Below, piece by piece: positions 23,644 through 42,935 of a DNA stretch of 64,000 bases. The notes below the pieces were generated by a model. That model had not been told where the DNA came from. It did not search any database and worked only from the letters and a program-made list of their open reading frames with translations. Where the stretch lies: positions 5,895,525 to 5,959,524 of the forward strand of contig CM119268.1 in the NCBI GenBank assembly GCA_051294375.1, written 5' to 3'. Numbering within the stretch: position 1 is the stretch's first letter; every line of letters starts with the position of its first letter. The stretch comes from Paraspadella gotoi (taxonomy: Eukaryota > Animalia > Chaetognatha). A program made the position numbers and the translations under genes.

Positions 23644-24814
23644 TGAATTACAGTTCTTGTTTCCTTTTCTTGTTTAGCTGTTTTTTCTTTTTTTATTTTT
23701 TCCTTCTCTCTTATATATCACGTTTCTTCGTTTATATTTTCCTGTCCTTTCCTCTCTTTTTTCTTTTACTTTTTCTTTTCTTTTTTTTCTCTCTTTGATC
23801 TTTCTTTTTTTTTATCTCTCTTCTATTTTTTTCCTTTTCTTTTTTTGTATTTTCTTCTTTTATCTTTTTGTTTTTCTTTTCTTTCCTTTTTATACTTTTC
23901 TCTTTCATTTCTGTTTGCTTTTTGTTCCTTTCTCTTTTTTTTTACCTTTCTCTTTGTGCTATTCTTTCGATTTCCTCTTTTAAAACTTTTTGTTCCGCTT
24001 TTGCTTTTTCCTGCTTTCCCTCTGTTTTGTCTTTTCTTTTTCCTTTCTCTTTTGTCTTTGTTCTTAGTTTTTTTTTTATTTTCCTTTTTTCTTTCTTCTT
24101 CTTTTTTTCCTATCTTCCTTTCTCTTTTTTTTCTTTCCTGCTTTTCTTGTGTCTTCTTCCGTTGGTCTCGTGTTTCTTTTCTTTCTTCTTTCATCTTGTT
24201 GTCTCTTTTTTTCGTCCTTCTCTTATTGTCTTTCTTCTTTTCTTCTATTGTCTTTCATCTCTTCATTTTTTCCTCCTCTCTTTTTTTTCTTTGTTCTTTT
24301 CTTTCCTTTGCCTCTTATGTCCCTTTTTTTTCTTCGCCTCCGAATGCTTTGTCTTTACCGTCTTTTCTTTCTTCTTTGTCTCTGTCCTTATTTCTTATGT
24401 CAATTTCTATTCTTGCTATTCTTCTCCTCCTATTTCTCCTTTCCTTTTTTCCTTCTTTCCTTTTTCCTCCCTTTCCTTTCCTCCTCGTCAACCGCGGGAT
24501 CATCCTCACGAGGAAAAAATCGTAAAAAATGCAGAAATTTATCGACTCAACAACAAAAAGAATTGAAAAAAAGAATAAGCAGATTTTTAGAAAACATTTG
24601 AAGGAAAAGGTAGTATAAAAGTGAGGAAACACTAAAAAATAGCCTTTTAAAAAAAGCAAAAACTAGAATGGAAAAACTTTTAAAAATAAAAATGTTATTT
24701 CAGCGTGGGTAGTATTATATAATATTTGTGTTCTAGCATTGAACTTTAATATAGTGCAGATTGACAATACTTTGAAAAATCAGACTAAGAACGATTCTTT
24801 TAAAGCAGAAAAGT

Positions 24815-25118
24815 TTTATGTAGAACTGGTTACAATATCTATTGATACAATAATATCTAATAACCATTCATTTAATGAATTATCATCTTACCCCAGACTT
24901 TGGACTGGACATGGGTGGGAAAGACCATAATTAGAACCGCTGAAGCATTGAGTCAAGACTCTCAGCAGTCTAGGTTTAGTATAACTCCCATAAACTGTGG
25001 TTGCCGTAGATAAATAAAGTGGTAAAACATTTCTAGTTTAAATACCAACCTAAATTATTAAATTGGGAATACTAATGTATTCCGCACTGGCATCAAAAGA
25101 CAGTTATAAATGTGACTC
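24815..25118. repeat. Dispersed repeat R1, inverted diverged copy
   Basis: CCATTCATTTAATGAATTATCATCTTACCCCAGACTTTGGAC is the reverse complement of the R1 core. A further diverged inverted copy lies at ~22969-23140. Confidence 0.7.
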
Positions 25119-25351
25119 AAATCCAAAATTCTGTTTTTAACGAATTTTCTTTATCTTTTTGCCAAAAACAGACATCGACTACGAAGTTTGATATTTCGCT
25201 CTTGTCTCAGGCGAATCAAAAAGTCAAAGAAAATGTTTGAAAAGAATTTGTAAAAAAGAGGAAGAAGGAAAGAAATGACCTTTTGGGGTCGAAATCCACT
25301 GGACCCGCTTATAGAAAGAATAGAGAGAAAGAAGAGAGAAGAGAGAGAGAG

Positions 25352-25388
<37 letters not shown>

Positions 25389-25420
25389 AGAGAGAGAGAG
25401 AAGAGAGAGAGAGGAGAGAA

Positions 25421-25459
<39 letters not shown>

Positions 25460-25995
25460 AGAGAAAGAGAGACTAAAAATGGATAAAACTCTTTTCAAAG
25501 AGAGAAGAAAAAGAGAAAGGAAAAGAAAAACTTAAATTGCTCAGAGCATGAAAATTGAAAAAGGCGTTTCCTATGATTATAGCGCCTCGCTCACTCTCTT
25601 CTTCTCGTCTCTCTCGTTCTCTCTCTCTCTCTCTCCTTGCTCATCTCTCTTCTCTCTCTCTCCTCTTCTCTCTTCTCTCTCTCTCTCTGCTCTCTCTCTC
25701 TCTCTCTTCTCTCTTTTCGCTCTGTCTCATTTTTTTTCTCCAACTATCATTGAGTGTTTGCAATATATACTTTCTTATTCTCTCGTCTCTCTCTCTCTGT
25801 CTCTTCTTCTCCTCTCTGACCTTCAAACCGCAATCAGGAATCTCTCTCGTGTCTCTCTCTGTTGCTTCTGCTCACTCTCTTCTCTCTCTCTCGTGGAGAA
25901 TCCGTGAACAGAGATTCGTCTTTCCTTTCCTTGTAAACGGTCGTAATGAGAAAGAACTCTGTAAAATCGATTTCCTGCGTTAAAGAGAAATTTCG

Positions 25996-26020
25996 NNNNN
26001 NNNNNNNNNNNNNNNNNNNN
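25996..26020. other. Assembly gap (25 N); identical 25-N gaps at 28013-28037, 33768-33792, 42768-42792, 53546-53570
   Basis: N runs counted; each lies at or within a duplicated segment. Confidence 0.97.
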
Positions 26021-26212
26021 ACAGATAATAGACAGATAATCGGTGAATGGAGGAACTAATTTTGGAGTAACATTGTTTTGATTTTGCTAATGATAATAAT
26101 TTTTTTTATAAAAATGTAATTTAATATTCTAAAGAAAACTAAAAGGTTTTCATTTTTAACTGATTGTCCCCTCTTTTTTTTGTTCTTTCTTTTCATTTTC
26201 TCTTTCTCTCCG

Positions 26213-26245
<33 letters not shown>

Positions 26246-26289
26246 TCCTCCACTCTAAGCCACCCAAGAAAATCGGAAAAAAAAAATTC

Positions 26290-30805
<4,516 letters not shown>

Positions 30806-30912
30806 AGTGGAGAAAGAGAGAGAGGAGCAACATTTCGACTGAGAAAGCGGATAACAATTCAGCTACTACATACGACCGCAAAAAGTTTTTATATAGATTG
30901 TGTTAGTTGATT

Positions 30913-31110
30913 AATGAAATTGGACACACCAAATATAAAATTATCCATTCATTTAATAAATAAGCTATCTTGCCCCTGACTTTGGACAGGTGTTGTCTGG
31001 TTTAAGGCATCCATCACTCTTACAATATAATGACAATCTGCAGTCCCTGCAAGCTTTCAATCAAGACTCTTCTCACAGTCTCGTTTTTATTTACTACAGA
31101 GTACGCTGGC
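30913..31110. repeat. Dispersed repeat R1, inverted copy
   Basis: ATGAAATTGGACACACCAAATATAAAATTATCCATTCATTTAATAAATAAGCTATCTTGCCCCTGACTTTGGACAG...TGCAAGCTTTCAATCAAGACTCT. Confidence 0.85.
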
Positions 31111-31350
31111 TTCCCTGTTATAAAGTTTGTCGGTTTGTAATTAATTAGGCTCATATCTTGAAAGGTGGCAAGTTGTATTAGTTGGCAGTAAGTTTGGGAA
31201 TTTAGAGTTTGGAAAATTTGGGGGGTCATTACCTTCAATTTTCCCACGGAATTCGCTTTTTATACGACGAAATTCCTTTTTAACGAGGGAAATTCGTTAT
31301 CCGAGTTTCTTCCATTACGACCGTAAAGAAAGGAAGAACATATCGTCAGC

Positions 31351-31735
31351 NNNNNNNNNNNNNNNNNNNNNNNNNNNNNNNNNNNNNNNNNNNNNNNNNN
31401 NNNNNNNNNNNNNNNNNNNNNNNNNNNNNNNNNNNNNNNNNNNNNNNNNNNNNNNNNNNNNNNNNNNNNNNNNNNNNNNNNNNNNNNNNNNNNNNNNNNN
31501 NNNNNNNNNNNNNNNNNNNNNNNNNNNNNNNNNNNNNNNNNNNNNNNNNNNNNNNNNNNNNNNNNNNNNNNNNNNNNNNNNNNNNNNNNNNNNNNNNNNN
31601 NNNNNNNNNNNNNNNNNNNNNNNNNNNNNNNNNNNNNNNNNNNNNNNNNNNNNNNNNNNNNNNNNNNNNNNNNNNNNNNNNNNNNNNNNNNNNNNNNNNN
31701 NNNNNNNNNNNNNNNNNNNNNNNNNNNNNNNNNNN
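31351..31735. other. Assembly gap (385 N)
   Basis: N run. Confidence 0.99.
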
Positions 31736-32169
31736 TGGAAAGCAATGGTTCAATCATTATCTCGCTCTGTCTCTCTAAAACAAAGAAATTTTTAAAAAAT
31801 GAAAAAAATTAAAAAAGGAAAGAAATAAGGAATTAAGTTAAACAAGAAAATTAAAAAGAATGAAGAAAGAAAAGAATAATGAAAAAATCTGAAACAAAAA
31901 AAAAGCATAGAAGAGGAAAAGAAGATAAATCCTCATTCCTATTTTCAATTTCTCCCTCCCCCTAATTCCACTTCCACCTCCAGCCTCCTCTTAAACTCCC
32001 CGACAATTCCCTAAATCACCCCACCCTCCCCTTAACCTCCCCCCTCCCCCACCTCCCACTCAATCCACAAAACTCAATCTAGAAAAAAGAGAACAAATGC
32101 CGTTCGCCTCCGCCCTTTTTTTTGTACTTAACATTCTCTTCATTAAGGCCTCAGTTCTCTCTCTCTATT

Positions 32170-32645
32170 TTTCCTATCTAAATCTTCCTTTTTAGCATCT
32201 ATAAATCTTTTTTTTTCTTCTTTATAAATCTTTCTTTTTAGTAGCTATAAATCTTCCGTTTTAGCATCTCTAAATCTTCTTTTTTATTCTTTATAAATCT
32301 TTCTTTTTAGTAACTGTAAATCTTCATTTTTGCAATCTATAAATCTTTTTCTTACTCTTTGTAAATCTTATTTTTTACTCTCTTTAAATATTCCCTTTTT
32401 ATCTCTATATAAATCTTCCTTATTACTCTATAAATTATCATTTTTATGCTCTATAAATATTTCTCCCTTACAAATCTTCCTTCTTACCTCTTGTACATCT
32501 TCCTTATTACCACTTATAAATCTTGCTTTTTATTCTTTAAAAATCTTACTTTTTACTTTCTATAAATATTCCTTCTTACTCTTCACAAATCTTCCTTCTT
32601 ACCCTCCATAAATCACCCTTTTGGCCCTTTATAAATCTTCTCTGA
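32170..32645. repeat. Degenerate ~21-bp minisatellite (TCTATAAATCTTCCTTTTTAC-like)
   Basis: TAAATCTT recurs every ~21 nt. Confidence 0.8.
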
Positions 32646-33388
32646 TTCTTTTTTTGACCCATAATTATAATTATGGATTTTGTTCGTTTCCTTCTCTATG
32701 CATATTTTGTTGCTTCTCCCTAAATATTCACTCACAATTTTTTATTAATATTTTCTTTCATTGCTTTTTGGTCCTTTTCTCTCTCTTTCCTCTCTATTTC
32801 CCGTATTTCTATCTCTCCTCACTCTTTCCTTCCTTTCTTCGCATTTCTTCTCTCTCTCTTCTCTTACTCCTCTTTCTTTACCTTTCACTTTATTTTTCCT
32901 TTTTCCCCCCATTTTCCTTCTTGATTTATCTCTTTCCTCTCTTCCTCTCTCCATCTTCTGTCTCCTCTCTGTTTCTTCTCTTTTTCCTCTTTCATTCCTC
33001 TCTATTTCCCGTATTTTCTCTCTCTTCCTCACTTTCTCTCTCTTTCCTCTGTTTCCTCTCTCTTTCTTCTCTTTTTTCTGTATCTTTCTTCTCTATTTCC
33101 CCTATTTTCCCTATCTTTCTCTCTCTTCCCTCTTTTTCCTCTTTCTTTCCTCTCTATTTTCTCTGTTTTCTCCTTCTCTCTGAACAAAACATCCGACGAA
33201 GCGAATATTTTTGTCTCTTTTGTCCAAAAATTCCTCACGATTCCGTTTTTGCGGGTTTCACTGTAAGGAAGGTTATTGCAGACGAGCTTAGTGTAGTCAG
33301 ATTACATATTGTATACTGAGAACAATATTTTTTTCAAAAAATAGTAGTTCAATTTTTTCATTCATGGTTGTAAAAAAGCGATAGACAT

Positions 33389-33428
<40 letters not shown>

Positions 33429-33461
33429 ACATAGGGAGCAGAAACGATGATGCTATTGGAG

Positions 33462-33496
<35 letters not shown>

Positions 33497-33792
33497 AGAC
33501 GACGAAAATTAATGAAAAGGACTACGATAGACGATGACGACGACGCAGCATGACGATAACGACGGACGACGATAACGACGACGGATAACGACCACGACGA
33601 TAAGTCCCTGATTCTCACGTTGAATGCGGAGAAGTGAAAAACTCAAAGTCTTTTTTTCTTTATTTATTTTTTTTTTTAAATTTAATTTTTCTCTTCGTTT
33701 TATTTTAAATTAAAAAAATATTTCTATTTCTCACGCAAGCTTTACGTTTTTTTTCCGAAAATTTGCANNNNNNNNNNNNNNNNNNNNNNNNN

Positions 33793-33936
33793 AGAGAGAG
33801 AGAGAGAAAGAGATGCAAACAGGAAGAGAGTGGAGAGAGAAGAGATGAGAGACAGAGAGAGAAGAGAGAAGAGAGAGAGAGAGAAAGAGAGAGAGAGGAG
33901 AGAGAGAGAGAAAGATGAGAGAGAGAGAGAGAGAGA

Positions 33937-33968
<32 letters not shown>

Positions 33969-35879
33969 AAGAGACGAGCTAAATCTAGAAGCCGTTGTTT
34001 TCAATTTTCATGCTCTGAGCAATTTAAGTTTTTTCTTTCCTTTCTCTATTTTTCCTTGCTTGCTTTGAAAAGACGTTTATAATCGCATTTTAGTCTGCTT
34101 CTCCTTTCTCTCTCTTCTTCTCTCTCTTCTTCTCTCTCTTCCTCCATCTTTCTCGTTACTCTTTCCTCTCTCTATCTCCTGCTCTCTCTCTCTCTTCTCA
34201 TCTCTCTCTCTTTCTCTCTCACTCTCTTCACTCAGCTCTCTCTTATCTCTCTTCACTTTCTCCACCAAAGGGGTCAGATGATTTACGACCCAAAAAGGTC
34301 ATTTTTTCTTCTTCCCTCTTTTTATTACTAAAATTCTTTTCAAAAATTTCGTTGACTTTTTGATCTCGATGCGAGACAAGAGCGAAATATCAAACTCGTA
34401 GCGAATGTCTGGTTTTTTGGCCAAAAAGATAAAAGAAATATTCGTTAAAAAACAGAATTTTGGATTTTGAGTCAATTTTATAACTTGTCTTTTTGATCCA
34501 GTGCGGAATACATTAAGTATTACCAATTCTTAATAATTTAAGGGTTTTTGGTCCTATTTAAACATAGAAATGGTTTTACCGACTTTATTATTACGGAAAG
34601 CAAGTATTATGGAGTTAATATAAACGTAGACTGTGAGAGTCCTTGATTCAATGCTTCAGGGTTCTATTATGGTCTTTACCCACCATGTCGCCCCAGTCCA
34701 AAGTCTGGGTAAGTGACTATTCGATGTAAATGTAATGGTTTATTTAGATATATTTGTATCAATAGCATATTGTACTAGGTTACATTACTAAACTTTTCTC
34801 GTTTAAAAAAGAATTGTTCTTAGTCCTGATTTTTCAAAGTATTGTAATCTCAGACACTTACTAAAGTTCAATTGTAACAATACTATTAGTAATAATAGCT
34901 ACCACTGGTCACAAGCTACTGGAAATAAACAATTTTTATTTTTAAGAAAATATGTTTTTCTGTCCATTTCTAGAGTTTTTTGGCTTTTTTTAAAGGCTAG
35001 TTTTAAGTGTTTCCTCTTTTTAATAGCTACTGTTTCTCCTCTCATGTTTTCTACTAAGAATGTTTTTTCTTTTCTTTTTCAATTTGTTTTTTGTGGTTGG
35101 AGTATCGATAAAATTTCTGACATTTTTATACGAATTTTCCGTTCGTGAGGGAATGATCCCGCGGCATTGAGAGGAGGAAGGAAAGTGGTAGGAAAGGAAA
35201 GGAGGAAAAAGGAGAAGATAAGAGGACGAGAGAATGAAAGAATGAAATGATCAAGAAATAAAGGACAGAGACAAAGAAAGAAAGAAAAGAGTATAGAAGC
35301 ATTGGAGGGGAAAAGGACTATAAGAGGAAAGGAAGAGAAAGAAAAGAAGGAAAGGGAGAAAGAGAGGAGAAAAATAAGAGATGAAAGACGGAAATGAAAG
35401 AAAAGAGAAAAGAGGAATAAGGGAGAAGAGAAAAAGAGAAAAGATGAAAGAGAAGAAAAGAAAGAGGAAAGAAAAAGAAAGAAAAGAGGAAAAGAAAAAA
35501 AGAAAGAAGATAGGAAGAAAGAGAAAAAAGAAATAAGAAAGAAAACAAAGAAAAAGCAAAATGAGAAAGGAAAGAAAAGAAAAAAGAGGAAAGAAAAGAA
35601 AGAAAAGGGAGAAAGAAATTAAAAGAGGAAATGAAAGAATAGAACAAAAGAGAAGTAATAAAGTAAAAAGGAGGAAAAAAAGAAATAGAAAAGAAAGAGG
35701 AAAAGAAGTAAAAAGGAAAGATAAGAGAATAAAAAAGATGAAAGGAAAGAAAAATACAAAAAAAAGAAAGAATAAAAGAAAAAAAGAAAAGAAAGAAAAG
35801 AAAAGAGAAAAAAAGAAAGAAGAAAAAGTAAAGAAAAGAAGAGAGGAAAGGAAAGGGAAAAATATAAACAAGGAAAGTG

Positions 35880-35928
<49 letters not shown>

Positions 35929-36367
35929 GAGAGAAGGAAAATAAAAAAGAAAAAAAAGCTAAAAAGAAAAGAAACAAAGAACTGTTATTGCAAATGTGTT
36001 TGCGGGCCGCCATGCGCCGCATCTGCTGTAACAGATCCGGCTAAAAAAAAAAAGAAAATATCAACATCCTTTCCTCTATTTAATTACTACTTTAGTAATA
36101 CATTACTACTTTAAAGAAACAATATAAAAAAAAATAAATAGACCTGCGGCTAAAATACCTAAAAATCTATCCGTCCAATCGATCGTTCGGGGTTCTCGAC
36201 CAAATTCCGCTCGACTTGAGTCTTTATGGTCGCGCAATCAAAGACGAGTTACTAAAAATAGAAACGACCTCCTTCGCCCCCGACGCTGTGCGAAAAAAAA
36301 ATGTGCGCGGCCAAAATAAAAAATACTCTCAACTCCGTCTCTCTCATCTTTTGTCTCTCTCTTCTCT

Positions 36368-36435
<68 letters not shown>

Positions 36436-38143
36436 TAACGCTTCCCTTGTTCTTACGGGCGTCCCTTGGACCGGAAGGTTATCCTTGGCCGAAAATAGTC
36501 ATTGCAAGCCTCGCTTTGCGACTTAAATAGTCCTTTGGTAAGCTTGCTTGCACTTGTCATTGGGTCAAACGAAACGCTCGCAAGCTTTATCGCAGTCGCT
36601 CGTAAAGTTTGTAAATTCATAGGCAAATCGAGCAAATTAGCAATGATTAATAAGTATTATATTGGTTGTACCAATTTCATATAAAATGATAAATTTTGAT
36701 TTAACCTGAGGCGTTTTTCTTTTTAATAATTAATTAAATTCTATTATAATAGTTAATTAATTACATTATGTGCGTAATCAGAAAGAATATAATTTATTCA
36801 CAGTTGATATCGATATCTATAACCTCCTTCATGTTGTCAACCCCATGACGAAAAAAACGTGAAATTCAAGTGGCCATTTTAGGTCCGTCGTCGTCGTTGT
36901 CGTCGTCGTCGTCGTCGTCATCGTCGTCATCTCTGTCGTCGTCGTTATCGTTGTTTTCTTGGACGAAAATGTTTGTTTGTTGTCTTTTTGTTTTCGCGAT
37001 GTTTCTGGGACGAATGTATTTATGTTTTTGTGTTTATTGGCGTCCAAACAAAATTATTATTTCTTATTCATTTTAATGTATTATTTAACTTATTTATGTA
37101 TTTATTCAGTTATTCAAATTTATTTCATTCGTTTTATTCTGTAGTATATTCTGAATATTATCAAAGATTTTATTTAATATATCTATTCTACGGTTTCTTT
37201 AAGTTAAAAATTTTTGCAATGAAGAGCAAAAGCATTCGCCAACTACAGTCGACAGCAGCAAAAGCAGCAGCAGCAAAGGACCAGCTGCATTCAAGAGACA
37301 GAATTAAGAGCAAGCACGAGCCTAAGAAAAGGAAGAACCTTCTTCCTTTAATTTAATATAAATTGTGGCAAGCACGAATTTGGCATTCTTTTCCGCCAGA
37401 CTTAATTTCCTCATCTTTTTTCTTTTTTTTCTTTTCCCTCGCTTCTTCTATTTATTTATTGTTTTCCCCTGTTTTTCCTTTTTCTCTTGTTTCCATTCAA
37501 GTTCACAACCTGTTCAAACGTTTTTCAAATTGCTTTCGTACATTTTAACTTATTGTAAGTACATAGAGAATAGTCAATTTTAAATTACATGATATTTTAA
37601 TGTTGTTATGTAAATCTATAAAGAATATCCTTATTATTTTTTTATTTTCTCTCTTTTCTCCATTCTCCCTTTTCCTCTTTTCTTCTCTTTTTTTTCCTTT
37701 TTTCTTTCCTTCCTTTTCTTTTCCTCCTTTTTTCCCTTCCTTTTCTTTCCTCCCTTTCTTTCCTCCCTTTCTTTCCTCCCTTTTCCCTTTTCCCCTCAAA
37801 AAAAGGAAACGGAGTCACCGGGCGATTTTTTTTGCTTCTCGGATCGTCTGCGCCATTACCTTACGATGACGGTGATAGCATGTGACAAAAATGACATGAT
37901 GACGACCATATCGATTGTATGTAAAGACGATGGCGAAAATGGTGAGAATCAACAAATGAGTTGTGAGTGATTGTCAAATACATACATAGAAGGACGATCT
38001 CGAGGCGAGAATGATTGATGTTAACGATGATAAAAAAAAGAGCAAATCGATGAAGACAACAACGAAACGACGACGACAACAAACAACAACAATGACAGTC
38101 TCGAGGACATAAAGGAGGAGAAAAAAGGAGCAGTTTTTTTTTG

Positions 38144-38185
<42 letters not shown>

Positions 38186-38294
38186 TCGCGTCCAAGTCGA
38201 ATCTGTCCTACGAACCCATTTCTACTGACGTCCCCATTTTCTTTTATGATCTACTCTCTATCTCTCTCTCTTTCTCTCTCTCTTCTCTCTCTTT

Positions 38295-38348
<54 letters not shown>

Positions 38349-38851
38349 CTCTCTCTCTCCTCTCTCTCTTCTCTTCCTTTCTCTCTCTCATTCCATTTCA
38401 ATCAGAGACAGCTATTCAGTGTTCTGAATAAAAAAACTCCATAGATTTTTTTTTTTTTCCGATTTTCTTGGGTGGCTTAGAGTGGAGGAAGAGAAGAGAG
38501 AGAGAAGAAAGAGAGAGAGACGGAGAGAAAGAGAAAATGAAAAGAAAGAACAAAAAAAAGAGGGACCAATCAGTTAAAAATGAAAACCTTTTAGTTTCCT
38601 TTAGAATATTAAATTACATTTTTATAAAAAAAATTATTATCATTAGCAAAATCAAAACAATGTTACTCCAAAATTAGTTCCTCCATTCACCGATTATCTG
38701 TCTATTATCTGTCGATTATCTGTCTATTATCTGTCTATCATCTGTCGCCCTCTTACAATGTTGGCTGTGAAGAACCGAAAGCGGCGGGGTCGATATTGGT
38801 TGTTTTATTTATTTTATTTATTTGTTTTTAATTTTGGAGTAAGAGAGTCAG

Positions 38852-38883
<32 letters not shown>

Positions 38884-39037
38884 AGAGATAGAGAGAGATT
38901 GATTCAAAGAAGCAATTTGAAATTTATGATCAATTCAGAAGAGGGGAGGAAATAGGAGAAAGAAGAAACACGTAAGAGAATCAAAAAGAGAGAGAGAGAG
39001 AGAAAGAGCGATTGTGAGCGACAGAGAGAAGAGAGAG

Positions 39038-39123
<86 letters not shown>

Positions 39124-39266
39124 TAAAAAAAACCACCTTTTGTCTCGAAACAGAAAATGTTTTCTGCTCAGTCAAGTTTTTTTTTCCCAAGATGGAATAT
39201 TTTACAGATAATCTCGCAATTAATGCGTGATGAATGAAGGGGATAGCAAGAACAAAGAGAGAGAGA

Positions 39267-39347
<81 letters not shown>

Positions 39348-40616
39348 AGGGAACATATTTTGTGTGTCATGTTTTTCAGTCGGTAAATCATTATCTTTAC
39401 TTCCTTCTGGAAGAGTCTTTCTCCTGACGACCGAAATTTTGAAAACAGAGTCGTTTATTGTCATGAAAAGAGAGAGAGAGAGAGGAGAGAGGAGAGAGAG
39501 AGGAAGAGAGAGAGAGAGAGAAGAGAGTTCCTCGTACATTTTCTTACTTATTTTTTTTGTCTAAGGATACCTATAACCAATAAATAAAAAAAAAACTTAT
39601 TGCAAAATGATATTTATCACTAGTTCTTCAACTATTCAATGGACTAATAAATCGTACTAAACATGTTAAAAAAGTGCGAAAACAAATTTTTAGCGAAAAA
39701 TGACCTAAAACAAAAACCGGTAGGGAATATGGTAGGACTAAGCTCCTACGAACAAAGCCAGAGGTTTTTTTAATATATTCTTATACGGCCAAGGTAGAAT
39801 GATGGCATTATTGTTATATTAAGTTTTAAAAAAATCCTACCATAAATATAGAAAATATTAAGCAAAATCTTCAGAAAATCCCACCCCTTCTTTGAAGATT
39901 TTCGCCATAGAAGATTTTTTTTTCCGAATCTGACTCCCGGTTGAAAACTCTTAGAATTCCGATCGTTAGCTCATCTTTTACTTTTACTTTAAATAAAAAT
40001 TTAACCAAAATGGACTAATTCACTTTCCCATGATTGTATCATATCAAATAACCAAATAAAATGTAAAGAAAAATTTTGAGAGCCCTTCAGACATATGGTT
40101 ATCGGATTCCTGAATTCGAAGTGTATTGTAAAATCACAACATATGTAAATGCGTTGACATTGTATTGAAGTTGAGAAATCCCTTTATTTTAATTATAAAA
40201 ATCGCGTCAAAAATATTTTCCCGAGCGGACCGTCTATTTGAATCTGATGGTTTTGATGTCAAAATGATGGTTATTTGTCAGAGAGCCCTTCAGATTTAAC
40301 AGGATCAGAATCGAGAGTTTTTTACATCTATTTTTTATCTGAATTTTTCCGAGGGCGTTGACATTGTTTGGTAGTAAGATTTTAAAGAAAATCTCCATTG
40401 AAATATGGTTAGTAATTTGGGTTAAAAAATTTGGGTTATTGATGTGGATTAGAGATGGGTGAGAGATAGCGTTAAAATTAATTTTAAGGATGAGGAACAG
40501 AAATGGGGAGCTTATGTTAAATAGTGCCTTTTTTCAGCTTCATAATAAATATCTTTTAGCGTTTTATTCTTTTACTTTAATTTTTTTGCTCTGTATTCTC
40601 TATTTTAGGCATCGAT
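33793..40616 (-). repeat. Block A inverted copy (reverse complement of ~18934-25700)
   Basis: 40590-40616 is the reverse complement of 18934-18960, and 34000-34040 of ~25520-25560. Colinear in between. Confidence 0.92.
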
Positions 40617-40740
40617 CTACGTTTTGCTCGGTCGTTCGAGTTTTGTTGATTGGTTGATTGGTCGAGTGAGTCTGTCAGTTAGTCACATCGTCTGTTTGTC
40701 AGTTTGTCGCTGCCAACATTTCATTGTTCTTGTAAATGTC

Positions 40741-40911
40741 CTGAAACCCAAACCTAATCTTCAACCCTTAATCCTAGTCCCTAATCTCAATCCTGAAATT
40801 AATTTAAAACCTAATCCTAAACCTCAACCTCTATATTAATTTTTAAAACTAAAAACTAACTTAATTTCGTATTTAGAATGAAATGCGACGCTTTTGGGGA
40901 AATAAGCTCCC
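40741..40911 (-). repeat. Degenerate (CCCTAA)n tract with end motif shared with 3686-3715
   Basis: AACCCAAACCTAATC...CCCTAATC...AACCTAATCCTAAACC, then GAAATGCGACGCTTTTGGGGAAATAAGCTCCC. Confidence 0.5.
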
Positions 40912-41563
40912 ACTCGGGATCTCCTTCTCCCTTTTGGTGAAGATTCACCAAAAAAGTCACCCTTGTGACGTCTTCGGACTCACCTCTTCTCCGCCGTCGT
41001 CATCATCATCCGGTCACGTGATCTTTTGTGAGACAAAAACAAAAACAAGAAAGTGATTTTCTTCCTCGTCGTGAAAACAAAGGATGATGAAAAAGAGGAA
41101 AAAAAGGAGAGAAAAGAGGGGAAGAAAGAAAAGAGGGAAAAGGGGAGAAAAGAGGGGAGGAAGAAGGGAAGGAAAGAGGGGAAGAAAGAAAAGAGGAAAA
41201 AGGGGAGAAAAGAGGGGAAGAAAGAAAAGAGGAAAGAGGGGGGAGAAAGAAAAGAGGAAAAAGGAGAGAAAATAGGGGAGGAAAGAGAGGAGAAGATATG
41301 GGAAGAAATAGGGGAGGATAGAGGAGAGGAAAGAAGAGAGGAAAGGGAAAAGAAAACAGAGAAAGGAGGAGAGAGAGGAAAGAGGGGTGATAAGTAAGAA
41401 GGAAGATAAGAAGAAGGAAATAGGGAAGGAAAAGGGGGAAAAGAATGAGAGGAGGAAAGAAAAGAAAAAAGAGAAGAGGAAAGAAAAGAAGAAAACAGGG
41501 GGAAAAGGTCGCAAACACAGTTTAGCGCTGCATATGATTAAGTCTGGGGAGGGGAATTTGGAA

Positions 41564-41595
<32 letters not shown>

Positions 41596-41783
41596 CGAGT
41601 CGGGCGAATGAAGGGATAAAAGAAAAAAACATTAAATTGATCGAAGTTGTCGATGTATCCGACTTAGATAGATTTATAGGATTATATAGCAAATTCGGTT
41701 TTATCAATTTTGCTAAATGAACAAACGGATGAACCGACGAAATTTTTAATTAGAGACCGATGTGAAAAATCATAATTATTGTG

Positions 41784-41789
<6 letters not shown>

Positions 41790-41830
<41 letters not shown>

Positions 41831-42027
41831 TCTCTTTCGGCTTATTTTATATACATACAAATAACCTTTTTTTTGCCACTAAATGAGAAAATCCGCCCAT
41901 CCAAAATGCTTTATATGAACGATAACAACAACAACACAATAACAAACAAACGACAATCATCATCCCGTGACAGATTTCTGACTTTTGTTCGTGCTAATAG
42001 TCCCAGGGCAAGAGAAGGAGGAAGAGA

Positions 42028-42071
<44 letters not shown>

Positions 42072-42767
42072 AGAGGAGAGAGAAGAGAGGAGAAGAGAGA
42101 GATGAGAAGAGAGAGAGAGGAGAGATAGGGAATTGATAGGGATTGGATTCCGTCGTTTAAGCGTCGATCATCTCACTGACCTTCACGAGCTGCGAGAGGC
42201 GGCACGAAGCACGACGACGACGCGCAGACGACGACGACGACGACGACGACCATTCGTTGCTCTTTTCATATTCATTCAGTCGTTTTTTATTCGATGTGGT
42301 TTGCATTGCCGCGGCCCGAAAGATGGATGGGTGGATGGAATGCCTTGGGTGGGTTTGGTCGTTGCTTGGTGGCGAGGGAGAGATGATTGCTTGGCTGCCT
42401 TGGAACGTCGAGGTTTTGAAGTAGGGGATGAAGCCAAACGCAATTATTTTTTGACTGGTACCTCTAATCAATTATATATATTCGTAAAAATTAACGGAAT
42501 AATTATTTTTTTTTAGTTTAAATTTAAAAAAGGTAAGTGATCCACGATACAGATGACGACGACGGTCAGGTGATGAATGTATGTATTGATTGATGATGAT
42601 GATGATGATGCATGATGATGACCTGATGATGATGATGATGATGATGATGTGATTTGGGAGGTGTGATGTAAAATGGCTTACGTTTCTTTAACGTTATAAA
42701 GAATTATCAAAACAAAAGAAACAATTCATATTTTGTCGAAGCGAACCGAAATTTTTTGAAATCTCAA
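41790..42767 (+). repeat. Block B, re-copied at ~43915-44910
   Basis: Shared anchors, e.g. GATAGGGATTGGATTCCGTCGTTTAAGCGTCGATCATCTCACTGACC at 42136 and 44278. Confidence 0.9.
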
Positions 42768-42890
42768 NNNNNNNNNNNNNNNNNNNNNNNNNTGGAAAAC
42801 CCCATCATAATTATTGCTTAATAAATTTTTAATTAAAATAGCTTTGGGCAAAATGATTTTGTTTCACAACGATTTTATTTTATCATAGAA

Positions 42891-42935
42891 AACGCTACAT
42901 GTTCGGCTTTGGATGCAAGCCCTTCTTCAGCGTCA
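42891..42935 (-). ncRNA. Penelope-type minimal hammerhead ribozyme motif
   Basis: Reverse complement TGACG-CTGAAGA-AGGGCTT-GCATCCA-AAGCC-GAA-CATG-TA-GCGTT. The mirror copy at 43701-43745 supplies GAAAC and TA-CGTT. The consensus has the full CUGANGA/GAAA/UH core. Confidence 0.7.
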